From assembly GCF_036321535.1 (NCBI RefSeq), contig NC_087450.1:61752001-61816000 (forward strand): 64,000 bases of DNA. Reading direction: 5' to 3'. A program made the translations under genes and the position numbers. Below are positions 37,371 through 50,500 of this stretch, in pieces (positions within the stretch are counted from its first letter, which is position 1; every line of letters begins with the position of its first letter). Source of the stretch: Camelus dromedarius. Its lineage: Eukaryota. The notes beneath the pieces are model-generated. The model worked only from the letters and a program-made list of their open reading frames with translations, was not told the DNA's origin and searched no databases.

Positions 37371-40300
37371 GCCCTGCCGGGTAATGGGAGGGACGGCGCG
37401 GCCCGAGGATGGGAGTGCAACCCCAGGGGGCTTCTCGGAGGAGTCTCCCTTCCCTAAGCTGGTCACACGCTCTGTAATTCAGAGTCGTGCACACGTCTGC
37501 CTTCTGCATGAGCGTCCCTGCCTCCCTCCCCAGCGCACTCCTAGACATGCGTCAGGGCCCCACAGGGTCGCCCACGAGGAGCTTCTCCCCTGGCATCTGC
37601 CCGCAGAGAGCTCACTGGCTGCAAGGGGGGAGAACGCACATCTGGAGGGGTGACTAACAATTGAAGGCAACAGATGATAAATAAAAAGATCGATCGATGT
37701 TTCTGAAAAAGTTTGTTCCGCAGAAAAGTTGCCCATTTGAAAACTGGCTCGTGGCAATGGAGAAATTGAACAGCTGGAACACGTGCTGGTGACCTGAAAC
37801 AGTGGTCACCTCGCTGGCCAGAAGCAGGGCCCACTGCGGTTGGGATTGGCCCTAAAGACCCTGTTAGGTCCCAGAGCCCGTCCCCAAGTCCACACCAGAG
37901 AGCTGAGGACACGCTGGGGCTTGATTCTGTCTTGGCTGCTTCTGACGGGAGGCTCCTCTTCACCGTCCATCTGGCTTCCGTGTCTCAGTGAAGGGCGGCC
38001 CCGCCGCCCGCGCACCTGCAGGTCTGTGTCCTTCGTGATGAAACCCAAAGACGCGGCCGTGCTGGCCGAGCAGGTCCCTTCTCGCAGGGACAGACTGCGG
38101 GCTACTGAACGGAGCTGCTCCCACAGGGCCCACCCGGGAGCAGGTCACGTTGAACACAGCGTGCAGGAGGGGACTCCGTCCCGTAAACTGGGTTGAAACG
38201 CCCCTCCTGTCTCCACGGCAAGCATAGTGCTCACGGCACCAACAGCCAGCCAGCCCGGCGGTCCCCACCTGGAAAGACGGCAGACAACAGGCCTCACCGT
38301 CCAGCCAGCCTCCCACTCGCCTGGGCGCGTCCCACAGCCCCAGTAGAGCACACGTGCACGTTTCTCATTACGTAGGAATGACACAGAAAAAGAGTCACCC
38401 AAAGTTTCCACCTTTTCCTAAATCGAAGAACTTAGCAATAAATGGCTTGACATAAACAGATATTACTTTACCACAATCCAGTCCCTAACCCCACAGCTAA
38501 GGAGGGCCGGGGGGTCTGTGATCAGAGGAAACAAAGTGAAAGCAGGGGCGCCCGCACAGTCCAGGGGGACGTGAGGACGAGGCGACTGCATTTGACGGGC
38601 TCCGTTTTTAAAAGACAAGCAAATTTTATTCTGCCCAGATTTCTGACCCGAATGTCTGGCAGGAACCGTGTGAACAGTAGGCCACCAGCATCTACCTGCC
38701 TGAACTGGGTGTGCGTTAACAATCTTGCCTAGAGAAACAGGGCGACACTGTTCATTGCAGACCAGAGGGAAAGCAGCCCCCGTGCAGGTGGAAGCAGGCC
38801 CTGCAGGTGGCCTGGGGGAGTGGGCAGGAGGGCTTCACCCAAGCCTGCGTCCCTGCCTTTGCCCGCGACGCCAGGGCTCCAAGCTGAAGGGAACACGCGT
38901 GCATGAGGACTGCCCGGCCTGCTGAGAGGAAGCTGGCTTAGCCACGACCGGAAAGCCAGCGGACGGAAGCCAGCACTCCTAGTGCTGTTTCCACAGTGGC
39001 CCAGGTTCTCGGGGAGACTGAAGTGGGCCCACAAGTCCCTGGGCTGCGGAAGCCACATTCTTCCTAACTTGGCCTTAACTAAGTCAGCAGGTCAGCGAGG
39101 TTGTCCTCTCCCGCACGTATAAATCCTCGAGGTCACTTGGCATTGATTTCAGCAGCCCCCAGCTCTGATGCTCATGGTGGTGGGCCTGGGAGCGCGAGCC
39201 GCCCCGTTGAGCAGCCAAATACCTGGTGTAACAGGTGCTGCTGAAGGGGGTTCTTTCTGGTTTAGTTTTCCCTCCTCCCCGTCTTGTCCGGTGTGTCTTG
39301 TCCTCTGCAGCCAGAATTCTAGACTCCAGCACGCACGCCTCTCGTCACGTTTCTGCGCCAGCTGGGGCGCACACGTGAACCTAGCAGGCACATGCGTGTG
39401 TGTGTCCGCACACGCACACCCTGCCCTGCACCTCTCCGATGTTCACTAGTAGCAGCAGTGTTGTCATCATAACCTCTGAGAAGTCAGGAACAGCGGGGCC
39501 CGAAAGCAGGTCCTCGGAACTCCGGGTCCTGCGTGCCCCTCCATCACAGCCGAGCCCCGCAGTCTTCCACTCAGCAACTCACCGTGGCCCCCTGACGCCT
39601 GGGCACAAACACACCTGCCTGTTTGCAGCTCACACGCCGACATGGATGCCCCCAAGTCCCAGCAGCACGATTTCCACTCCACCTGCATCCATGCGCTCCG
39701 CTCACCGTGAACATGCTCCCCGCACACGCTGGTGTGTTATTCTCAACTCTGCGTTCCTCGGCCAGGAAGCCCTCGGAGCACCCCCGCGGGGTAAGCCCTT
39801 TCCACGGCGAGGGGACACGAGCGTGCCTGCCGAGAACTCTCAGGTGTGCGATGCCGTCTTCGAAGCCTTCCCGCCCGCCCGGCCCCTGCGAACTCCCTTT
39901 AGACTTGGTGCCGGGGCAGAGCCACTCTGGATTGCTCTTCCATTGTGCCTTTTGTGGTTTGTATCTGTTCCCCAGGCTCAGATGGCAAACTCCTTACTGG
40001 ATCGTATACTATTCAGTAAGGAATCTGCCTGGCGTTTGGGGGAAGGACGTATGTCCCCCAGCAGTGGGACGTCCAAATCATGCGCGCATGCCCCCTCAAG
40101 AACGAAGGCTTTAAGAAAAATTAACCCGTGTGGGACAGAAATCTTTCAAAAATGTGATTGCCTTCCTTAAAAGCACGTTTGGAATATATCTACTGATGCC
40201 TTTTCTCCTGGCTCGCGGTCACGTTTACGGACCCAGTCCTTTCTCGGGCACAGTGGCCTCCTCGAGGGCCGGTGAGACGGCGCGGGCAGTGGGGGCAGCA

Positions 40301-40604
40301 GCCGTGGACTCGGGCTGTGGCATTTCTGAGCTCCCACGCGTTTTTGGATCCCTGGGGCTACGCTGTCTGCCCGGCCATTGGCAGGTCACAGCCAGGGTTC
40401 CTTTGTCCGCACCCCGTCACTTCCAGTTTGCGTTCAGCTGTTGTCACCTAGGAAATCAAATAACCAAGCTTGTCTGAGATTTAAAAGGCTTCAAATTAGA
40501 GCAAATAGGCCAAAGGCAGCGTCCCCGGGAGTCGAGCGCGTGAATGTCAGTGCGTGGGCTTGGCGGTGACGCCGCCTGCCTGATAGGCTTTGCGCTTTTT
40601 GTCC

Positions 40605-41890
40605 CAATTATTTATTTAACCAATATTGACAGACCAGGCCCCACTGCAGGAATGAAGCTGTGAAGAAAACAGACGAAGACCCCTGACTTGGGGAGAAACA
40701 AAAGTCCGTGGGTTAGCAAGAGACAAGGTACCCGAGGCAGTAAGTGCAACGGGGAAGCTGAAGCAGGGGCCAAAGCTCGGGACTGAGAGCCGAGGAGACG
40801 GGCCGGGCCGTCTGAGCAGGGACCTGACTGGAGGAGGGAGGAGCCGCACGGAGGCTGGCGGGGGACGTCCCAGGTGAAGGGGACAGCCAGGCGGCGCCTC
40901 GGAGCGTGGAGACACCCTCACGGGGTCCTGCGGGCTCCCCGGCGCCCGGGCCCTGACTTGGGAGATGGGGAGGTAACGAAGGGCTCTGAGCCGAGAGCGA
41001 TGTGATGTCACGTTGTGAAAGCACCCCTCCAGCTGCAGGTTGCAAACAGGGACGGAAGGGAAAGCAGAAGTGGGGAGCCAGCGAGGGCCACTGCAGCCAC
41101 CCGGCGGGGACAGACGGTGGCCCGGGCCTCTGTGGGCACAGTAATGGGGGGTGGGGGGGCGCAGATCCTGTACATGATGACAGGATAAGCCCAGGAGGGT
41201 TTGTTGGCATTTCAATGTGGGACGTGAGAAAAGGGGGCAAGGCTCCGAGGTTCCCGTCGTGAACACCGGGAAGAGGTGAGCTGGTACTGACCGAGAGGTG
41301 GGTGGATGTGTTCAGGATGCCCGTTCGGGGTCTAAGTGGAGAGACCAGTAAACCGTGGGATGTGTGATTTGGGAAACGTCTGGGCTGGAGAAGCAAACAG
41401 GGCAGTTATGAGCAGAAACGGGGCAGAAAGTGACGATTCTGAGGAGTCACAGAGGCTGACGTCACCTGGGGTTGGGTCCTGAGTCATCGGAACACTTAGG
41501 GCTCAGAAACGAGAACCAGCCGGGAGGGCTACGAAGGACGGGTGGGCGGAAGGAAGGCGGGGGCAGGGGCCCCCCACACCAAGTGAACAAATCACCCAGT
41601 ATGAGGGGCCGGGGGGGGGTGCTGCCCCGAGCATCAGCTACGTGAGAGTTGTTCACCCAGCCACAGCGGTGCGGGGTCCGAGACAGCGTTCAAGGAGGGA
41701 CCCTGGAGGCAGTGAGTGTGGCACCTCGGTCCTGTGCGCTTTATAGACGGAAGGTGGCGGGGGGATGGCAGGAAAGGAGAGGGGATCAGGGATAGGCTCC
41801 AAAGACAGGGAGATAACACCACTTTGTAGGCTGCACGGGAAGATCCTATAAAAAGGGGAACATCAATGATGCAAAGGAAAGAAAAAGTGC
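40605..41890 (-). mobile_element. L2 LINE fragment(s), GC-drifted
   Basis: L2 3' end atttatttaaccaatattgac..., plus body motifs ggagatggggagg..gaagggctctgagc, ggcatttcaatgtgggacgtgag. Confidence 0.65.
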
Positions 41891-43959
41891 TGACCAAGGT
41901 CGGAAAACCGACAAGGAGGGCTGGGCCCCGTGCCCCAGGGAGAAGGTGCGTCTCAGCTGTGAGCGGAGCTCACCCGAGGGACGGCCGGGACGCAGCTCTG
42001 ATGCTGGCGGGGGCTGAGCTCCAGCTCAGAGGCCTGCTCGGCCCACTGGGGGAAGGACAGAGACCCCGTCCCCTCCCCGCACATGCTGTCCGTGCTCCCC
42101 ACAGGGAGGACTGCGTTAAGCACCTGATGTCTGGCCGGGCTCAGCTTTCCCTGCTTCAGCGTGATCTGTATTTATCACGTATTAATGCCACTCACCCATT
42201 TAGAGCCACTAATGAAAACAGTTTATGTAAGAAATGAAAACAATTTGTGTAACCAGTGGCTAATCCTAACACTTGGAGAAGAATTAAACATTCAGAACAT
42301 GAAATTCAATAAGGCGCACGTTGGTTGTTCAATTTACCGCAAGACGTGGGGACCCGGGACAGATTCTAATTCCAGCTGACCTGGTTGGATGCCGCCAGAA
42401 GGAGCGAGAGCTAGTCCTTGTCTGCCAGCCGGTCCTGGGTCCCCCGGGAGCAGCACGGGGGCTCCTGGACAGAACGCAGACTCTGGGGTGACTCAGAGCT
42501 GGGTTCCGATGGCCACTCCCCGCCTTCCTGCGTGTGCCCCCGGGGAAGGCGCTTAACTCTCCTGAGTCCCTGTTCCTGATCTTACATCGGCTTCTAAAGT
42601 TAACTGTCAGGATTCCATGGGGTCCCGTCCAGAAAGTACAGTGTCCGGTCCCCGGGAGGCACGTGGGAAATCCCAGTGCTTTCCTCCCCAGGACTGCACT
42701 TCATTCTCCGTGAAGAACACACACACAGAGATAGGAAGGGAAGCTGGGATTCGGGTCAAACCACAGAAGACGCTACATCAGAGGCGGGAGAGGAAAGGGT
42801 GGCACAAAGGGGAGCTTGCACGGAGGACCCCTTGTGGGGCGAGGGTCGGCAGACACTCAGGCCACCTGAGTGTCACCTGGGTGCTGTGAATTCTTGCTTT
42901 TCTCCTGCGGGGCACAAAGCAGGCTTTGCAGCTTAGAGGCAGGTGGGGAGGGAGCTAACATCCCCATGGGGAGGGGTGACAGGTGGTTGATCGACCCTGA
43001 GTTTGTCCCGCACGCTGTCCCAGAGGACCCAGGGCAGGTTACTCCTGTCCCCGCAGCAGTGGCCTGCTCATCCACCAGCCTTCTGTTGACTGTCCTCCCT
43101 GCCTCACGTCCCCACCCCTTCATCGTGCTTCCTGGAATCCCCATCCCCATCCCAAATAGACTTACGGGCGCCCTCATCCTCAGGGCAAGGGAGGCAGGTC
43201 AGAGCTGGATGGATGTGCGTTGAGCTGAGCAGAGTCTGGGCGGTGTCAGCCATTGCATCATCCAGACCAGAGGCCCTGAGGCAAACACACTGCGGCCTGT
43301 TCGGAAAGAAACACCTCTTGTGGGGAGAAGGGTAGTCCTGAGGCCAGCGAGAGATGCCTCACCAGGGGGTGCACTGGGAGCCTGCCTCCCAGAAGGCCAG
43401 CTGGCCGAGAGGGGACCTGAGCACAGAGAGACACACGCAGACATTCTGCCAAAAAGGAGGAAGAAAAGGAAGGTCAGAGCCGTGCGGACGGTCTTACAGA
43501 GAAAGTGCAGGGCTGAGCAAGCCGGCAGGTCCCCTCCCGGCGGTGATGGGCGGCCCCCAGCCACAGGGACCAGATGTGGCCTCCATCACTTCCCCCTATG
43601 CACACACGCCTCGCAGGCCTGGTCTCGCCACGGGCTTGACGCCCTCGCAGGCCTCGGTGGCCCTGTCATGACTGCCGAGTTCTGTGACGGAGAACACTCC
43701 GGGCACCACGCTGGGTCCTACCGCAGAGGGAACTGAGACTCCGCCAGCTTCAGGCACTGGACCAAAGCTCTCACTGGAGTAAATAAACCTGCCACTGATT
43801 CTGTGAACTTCAAACATCCCCAAGGGGGACAAACCCTGGCACGCCATTGCTTTGGTGCTGGAAGGAGACTCCGTGGCCCCCGGGGAGTGAGTTCCATCAC
43901 TGGTGACAACTCTGTCCCCCCACCAGTGTTTCCTGCACCGTTGAAAACAAACACGCTAA

Positions 43960-44250
43960 GTGCTGTGTTCTGAATGTGTCCCCCTAAACACGTGTGTTAA
44001 AACCCGCCCCGCAACATGACAGTATCAGGAGGTGGGGCCTCCTGGAGGTGATCAGGTCATGAGGGCAGACCCCCAATGGGATTCGTGCTTTTACAGAAGG
44101 GACCCCGGAGAGCCCCCTGCGTCCGCGACCCGGGGAGCTGGCCTTCCCCAACACTGAGCCGCCTGCTCTTGGACGCCCAGCCCCCAGAATGGCGGGAAAA
44201 GCCCAGCCCCCTGTCTGTGGTGGTGTCACAGCCGCCTGAACTGGGACAGT
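43960..44250 (+). mobile_element. MaLR solo LTR (MLT1A-like)
   Basis: tgctgtgttctgaatgtgtccccc...ggaggtggggcc...gatcaggtcatgagggcag...tgtcacagccgcctgaactgggaca. Confidence 0.85.
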
Positions 44251-45049
44251 CAGCAGGTAGATACTCCTTGCGGTTACTAAGGATTTAAAGCTAAATGTAA
44301 ACTAGGTTTACGGCAAATCAGACCCCGAAACACCTACTGCTTACAGTGTCAGCTGGAGACGTTTCTCTGCCCCGGCTTCTCCCTCCCCCCGTCTCACCAG
44401 ACGAGAGTGCCTGCTGCACGCCCGCTGCCTCGGCGCGTGTCATCCCCGAGCCTGCGGATGAGTTACAGCGCAGCCTGCAGTGAAGGTGGTACGCTCCGCT
44501 CCTTTCTGTTACTTTATTTTCTATTTAGCTATGGAATGGTTGGCTTTAATAAATGGTCATTTTGTCTTTCATTAACGTGTGGTAATAGTTCTCAGTTTTC
44601 CGAGGTAGAAAAGGAAACTGTCATTTGTGTGGCTTAGAGAATTCTAAAGGCAGATCCAGATTTGAAATTTGCTCAATGGAGCAAAAATCCACAAAGCGTG
44701 GGCTCTGGGTCAGATCTCAGTGGTGGTCAATCACGGGAGCCTTTGTGGTTGAATCACTGAAATCCAGGGGAAATCCCAGACTGGAAACATCATTACTCGT
44801 CTGTCTCTGCCCACACAGTTGTCACCACTCCATGTTGCATGGTGGCATCACGAAGCCATCCTACGAGCAAGGAAAAAGGGCCGAAGACCCAAGCTAGTGC
44901 TGTGAGAAATGCCTATAATTCTTTTACTTAGAAATATGAATAAAACTTGATGTGCTCCTAGAAACACAATGCCATAATAAAGTTTAGCCTTTTTTTGCCT
45001 TACACTTTCCAGTCGTTGGGTTAAACTTCACGGAAGAACACACACCCTT

Positions 45050-46560
45050 CTTTTCTTTTAAAGACTGCACTTTTAAAGCAGTTTTAGGTTCACAGCAAAC
45101 CTGTGAGGAAGGTACAGAGATCTCCCATTAACCCTTCATTAAGCGTATGCACACCCCACCGGATGGTACACTGTTACGTCCTGAACCTACACTGACACAT
45201 CGGTCACCCCCGGTTTACAGTAAAGCCCACCCTCAGTGTGGCACATCCTATGGGTTTGGATGATGACGTGTCATCCAGAACACTTCCACTGCCCTCAAAA
45301 TCTGCATAGACCCCATTCCACACCACCCTACCACCCCCAAACCCTGGAATCGCTGATCTTTTTACAGAATCCACAGTTTTACCCTTTCCAGAATGTCATA
45401 CAGTTGGAATCTTAGAGTCTGTAGCCTTCTCAGATTGGCTTCTGTCAGGTGGTCAGATGCATTTGTCTCCTCGACGTCTTTTCATGACTTGACAGCTCAC
45501 TTCTTTTTAGTGCTGAGTAACATTTTACTGTCTGGATGCACCACAGTGTGTTTATCCGTTCACCTCCTGAAGGGCATCTTGGCTGCTTCCAAGTTTTGGC
45601 AATTATGAATAAAGCTGCTATGAACACCCACACGCAGGTTTTTTGTGGACACCCATGTTGAACTCCTCTTGGTAACAACCAAAGAGTCTAGTTGCTGGAT
45701 CATGTGGTTAGAATATGCTTAGTTTTGTAGGAAATCACCAAATGTCTTCCAAAGTGGCTGCACCATATTGCATTCCCTTGAACAATGAGTGAGGGCTCCT
45801 GCTCCACACCCTCACCAGAACCTGCTGCTGTCGGTGTCTGGGTTCTGGCCATTCTAACAGATGGGCAGGGGTATCTCTGCATTGTCCTGATGGCATATAA
45901 TGAGCAGCATCTTTTGTACGCTTAAATTCCATCTCTTCTTTGGTGAGATATCTGTAAAGGTTTTTGGCCCATTTTTCAAATGGGTTGGTCTCCTACTGTT
46001 GAGTTCCGGGTGTTCGTTGTATATTTTGGGCGACAGTCCTTCATCAGATGCGTCCTTTGCTAACAGTTTCTCCCAGCCTGTGGCTTGTCTGTTTATTCTC
46101 TTGACGTTGCTTTTGCAGGGCGGACGTTTTAGCTTTGATGAAGTCCAGCTTATTGATTATTTCTCACGATGGTGCCTCAGTGTTGTATCTAAAAACTCAT
46201 CACCATACCCAAGAGCTTGGATTTCTTGATGTTATCTTCAAAGCGTTTTATAGTTGTTTTTTTATTTTGCATTTAGGACAATAATCTATTTTGAGTTCAT
46301 TTTTGTGAAAGATAGAAGGTCAGCATCTCAATATGTTTTTTGCCTGTGGATGTCCAGTTGTTCCAACACCGTTTCTTGAAAAGATTATTTTTGCTCCACT
46401 GTATTACCTTTGATCTGTTGCCAAAGATTAATCGCCTATATTTGTGTGGGTGCCTTTCTGGGCTCTCTGTTCTGTTCCATGGATCTGTTTGTCTGTTCTT
46501 CCACTAACACCATGATGTCTTGACCGTCGTAGCTTTTATAGTAAGTCTTGAGGTTGGGTA
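45050..46560 (-). mobile_element. L1MC-type 3'UTR plus ORF2 C-terminal region
   Basis: gcagttttaggttcacagcaaa..gaaggtacagaga, gttgctggatcatgtggt, gtccagttgttccaacacc. Confidence 0.9.
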
Positions 46561-46569
46561 GTCCACTCC

Positions 46570-47470
46570 TCCAACTTGTGGTATCGCACAGATGCTGAGT
46601 AGACACGAGAAGCTAAAGATAAATATAAAATTTCTTACAGCATCACTAAAATACAACAGAAGCAGTTACAGCTTAAAGGCAATAGTGGGATGGTCATGGA
46701 ATGCAAAAACTAAATAAATAATCCAAGAAAAGGGAGAGAAAATGAGCAGAGAAGCCAAGCAAAACACACACACACAAAAAAAAGACATTTGGGGAAAAAA
46801 TATAGCAAGTAGCAAAATGGTAGATTTATTTAAAACAACTATATAAATAATTAGCTATAATATAAATATGTTAAATTCCAGTGAAAAGGCGTAAGTTGTC
46901 AGACAGCATGAAAAGGTAAGAAGAACAACACGCAGCGGTGGCATCTGCTAAATATGAAGACACAGACTGAAAGTAAAAGGTTAGAAGACAGCGAATTTCA
47001 ATTGTGTGCACAAGGGAGCTCACGGAGGTGTATTAATATTAGACCGAATAGACCTCAAGGCGAGGAGACACAGAGAGAGAAGGAAAAGCCACAGTGAATA
47101 AAAGGGGACACATGTCCCCAAAGGTGACTGCTTCTAACAACAGAGCTTCAAAATACCTGAAGCAAACGTGCCTGAACTAAATAGGAAAACAGAAAATCAA
47201 CATCAGAGTTGACGTTTACCGACTTCTCTGTTACACGACGTTCGAGAACTGACATAACAGGTCTGTGATCACAACGTCACGGCTGGGCGTCTGTGGGCTG
47301 GTGGCGGATTGGAACGGGCAGGAGGGAACCTCCAGCAGTAGTAGAAACAGCCTAAAACTATATCTGATTATGTGGATATATGTACGTAAGTATATATTTG
47401 TCAAAACTCATCAAAGTGGACATTTGATTTTTACGAAAGGAAAAGAATAGACGTTATTATGTGCAAAGTG
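46570..47470 (+). mobile_element. L1ME-like fragments (ORF2 start and 3' end)
   Basis: aaatatgaagacacagactgaaagtaaaagg, aacagagcttcaaaatacctgaagcaaa, atttgtcaaaactcatcaaagtg. Confidence 0.7.
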
Positions 47471-47479
47471 TGACAGAGT

Positions 47480-47835
47480 GTGTATTAGTCTGTGACAGCT
47501 ACGGTAACAAATACCACAAGCCGGGGCCTTAAACAGTAGGAATTTATTTTCTCAGTTCTGGAAGCCAGGAGGCCAAGATCGGCACACAGGTAGGGCTGGT
47601 CCGTCCTGACTGTACACAGCCATCGGCACACAGCTGTCTTCTCCCCGCGTCCTCTGTGTGTGTCTTCATCCTGATCCCCTTTTCTTAACAGGACACTCGA
47701 CACAGCTTAGGACCCACATTAATGCCTTCCTTTTACCTTAACTGCCCCGTTAAAGGACCTGTTTCCACATTCGGAGGCACTGGAGATTGTCGCTCGACAT
47801 AGGCATTCAGGGAGGCTCGATGCAACCTGTAGCAG
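47480..47835 (-). mobile_element. MaLR solo LTR (MLT1A/B-like)
   Basis: tgtattagtc..gtaacaaataccacaa..cttaaaca..aatttattttctcagttctggaagcc. Confidence 0.85.
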
Positions 47836-50014
47836 CCCATCCACACCATGATCCCATAAGAACTCGGAAGAGGAGGACTTCATGATAACCCAGCTAAACT
47901 CACCAAAACTGCTGTGAGTCGTGGCTTAAAAGAAAGCAATTTAAGTTAAGCAGAAATTGAGAAAATATTCTCCTGAAATAAACCCAAACACACATATTTT
48001 CCCTTAAATGTTTTTTCTTTGTTTTGTTTTGCTTTATGGTAACTTTGGAAGCTGCAGGAATCTTCCCCAAACCCCATCGGTCTTTCTTATCCTGGCAGTG
48101 AGCTTGGCAGGTGCGGGTGTGAGGACTGTGGAGGCGGACCTGTGGGGAGATGTGGAAGCTGGCAGACTTGTTTGAGCAAACTAGAGGACGCCAGCCTGGG
48201 CACATGGGGGCAGCCGGGACAGGAGTCGCCCCGAATGGCGGCTGTGTGGTCTTCCCGGGAGGGTGACCGTCCTTAGTAACCAAGCTCATTCACATGGCGG
48301 GTACCAGACTCACAGGCTTCCTCCGGAAGTTCTGCTCGCAGATCGGAGAGGATGATCGTTGCCGGCGTGGGAAAGTCGCGCTACGGACACAGGTCTGACC
48401 CCCGTACGATGTGGGGGCCAGACCACGTTTCCAGATTCACACTGCTTTCCAGCTGTTGCCTGGAAGACAGAAAAATAAGGCTTGTCTCTTTAACAGAATT
48501 AAGTTCATGAGGAGTATTCAGAAGGCGATATGGATGCAGTGTCGACGCCAGCAAGGACTCTTTATTTTCACCGTCTATAAACCTACACAGCACAGGTGTT
48601 CCGCGGTGGGAACCCTGGGCTGTAAACATCTGAGCTGCAGTGCTGAAATCTTGAGTCTTGCGACCAAACGCAGGCAGGCGAACGCTGCTGTGACCGCCGC
48701 AGACACGTTTCACGGCCCTCATTCCAAGCCAGTAAACAGGTTTGCATGAAAGCACGTAATTCATTTAAATCAAGACACAGATCACCTTAAAAATGTTATC
48801 CCTTAAGAAATCCTTCCATTGAGAGTATTTCAGAAAACTCTGCCATCCCCAATTCTGTTCTCCCCAGCACGACCCTTAAAACAAGCACCTCGTCCTCCAG
48901 ACAGCACGTCGGGAAGACCAGCCCGTATCGCACGGGTCTCACTTGCTAAAAGGGTTGGGGGTCGGGAAAGTCGCACAATGACATACGAGGTGTGCCTGCA
49001 TTTAGAAAATCTAATGATCCTGGGGCGCAGCCATTAACCTTCAGAGAAGGAAAGCTGGGCTGGGCGCTTTCAGAATTACTGAGGCCAATATTTCACCATG
49101 ACACGCATTAGTAATGAATAATTAAATGTTTAATATAATGTTGCTTTGGTGAAAAATGATAATTTTACAGGCGATGGACCTTAAACCTCTTCTGTGTTGC
49201 TACGTGGCATTAAGATGAAGGGGTGGGTGCTGATGAAATAAATGCATTTCTGATGGCTGAGCTGCAGCAATTCTGACGGTGAAAATCTTTTCAGAACCCT
49301 CCAGTGACCCTGCCGGGAGAATTCCATGAAAAATTTAAGAGGGAAATTTCAACCTGGAACGAGCTCGCGTCCCACACCAGCTTGCCTGAGGTCAAACAGT
49401 GCTTTTTCGATAATGCTGAGTTAATGTCACAGACATAACTCATTCAGCAAATGCAGACGGTACCACAGCCTGAAATGGAACTTTCGCTTTCCTTCAAATC
49501 CTGCTTTTATTAGGTGCTGGAGTTATTTAAAACAATTTAACAAATGCCTCTCTGCATAACTTCCTATTAAAAAACGTTTATTGTAAGAATGTTCCTTTCC
49601 TCCCGGTAAACACAGCTACCGCTCGGAGGGGTCCCTCCATCACTCAGACTGTCACCGAGCAAGTCAGCCTGCGGACGTGTCTCGTTCGCAGCAATGCCCT
49701 TGCCAGGAATGACCACTACTTTCTGAAAAGAAAAATTACGTTTCAAAGATCGTTTATTTCTTCCCAGTAACATTTCCTCCAGTAGGGGTAAGAGTAATTC
49801 CTTTAATATGCAGGAAGCGCTAATTAGAATCTGCACTTCTATTCATTTGTTCTAATTTTGCTGAAAAGTGCAAAAGTTCTGGAGAAAGGTTTAATTAGGG
49901 CAAGATGTAGAACAGAGACATGAAAAGTTAACCCCCAGGAGTCACACCAGAGCTTTCTACCTACGGTCAATAAAAGCGTGCTAACTGTTTTCTTGGCATT
50001 TGTGGAACCAGGAT

Positions 50015-50500
50015 TCCCAAGCCAGTGGACCTGAGCGCTATGCCTTCCACCTGAGAAGTGGGCAACTTAACTTGTCAGAACCTGATCTTCAGGGAATCAA
50101 CCCTCAGTGCCCAAATAGAGACAACGTCACTGTCTCAGGGCATGAGTCCACAGGATGTGTCCCCCGCAGCCTCCACTGTCACTTCCTCCCCGACCTCTTT
50201 CCCCAGATTTCACCCTGAGCAGATCAGCATGCAGATGCCTGGCTGTGCCTGTCCAGCCAGATACACTCAGGGAGCCTCGGGTCCCAGGTTCAGACTCAAA
50301 GACGCATTTGACTACACACTGAGCATTAACGTGCCCCGACCACAGGGCTGCGTGTGGCGCAGGACTTTTCTGTGCTGTAACCCTCACCACAACCCCATGA
50401 AATACGTATAAATACGTACCTCTTACAGATCATGAAACGAGGCTCAAAGAAATGAGGGCATTTCCCCCAGAAGAGCCACACAGAGCTAGGGTCTCAGCCG
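50015..50500. mobile_element. Two MIR fragments in opposite orientations
   Basis: gtgggcaacttaacttgtcagaacc (sense); ctcaccacaaccccatgaa..ttacagatcatgaaacgaggctcaaaga (antisense). Confidence 0.6.

Noticed and set aside
39400-40170. 256-aa plus-strand ORF
   Set aside because: Ser/Pro/Arg-rich, overlapped by ORFs in other frames, no recognisable homology; typical chance ORF in GC-rich DNA
40616-41396. 216-aa and 227-aa minus-strand ORFs
   Set aside because: Lie within a GC-drifted L2 relic
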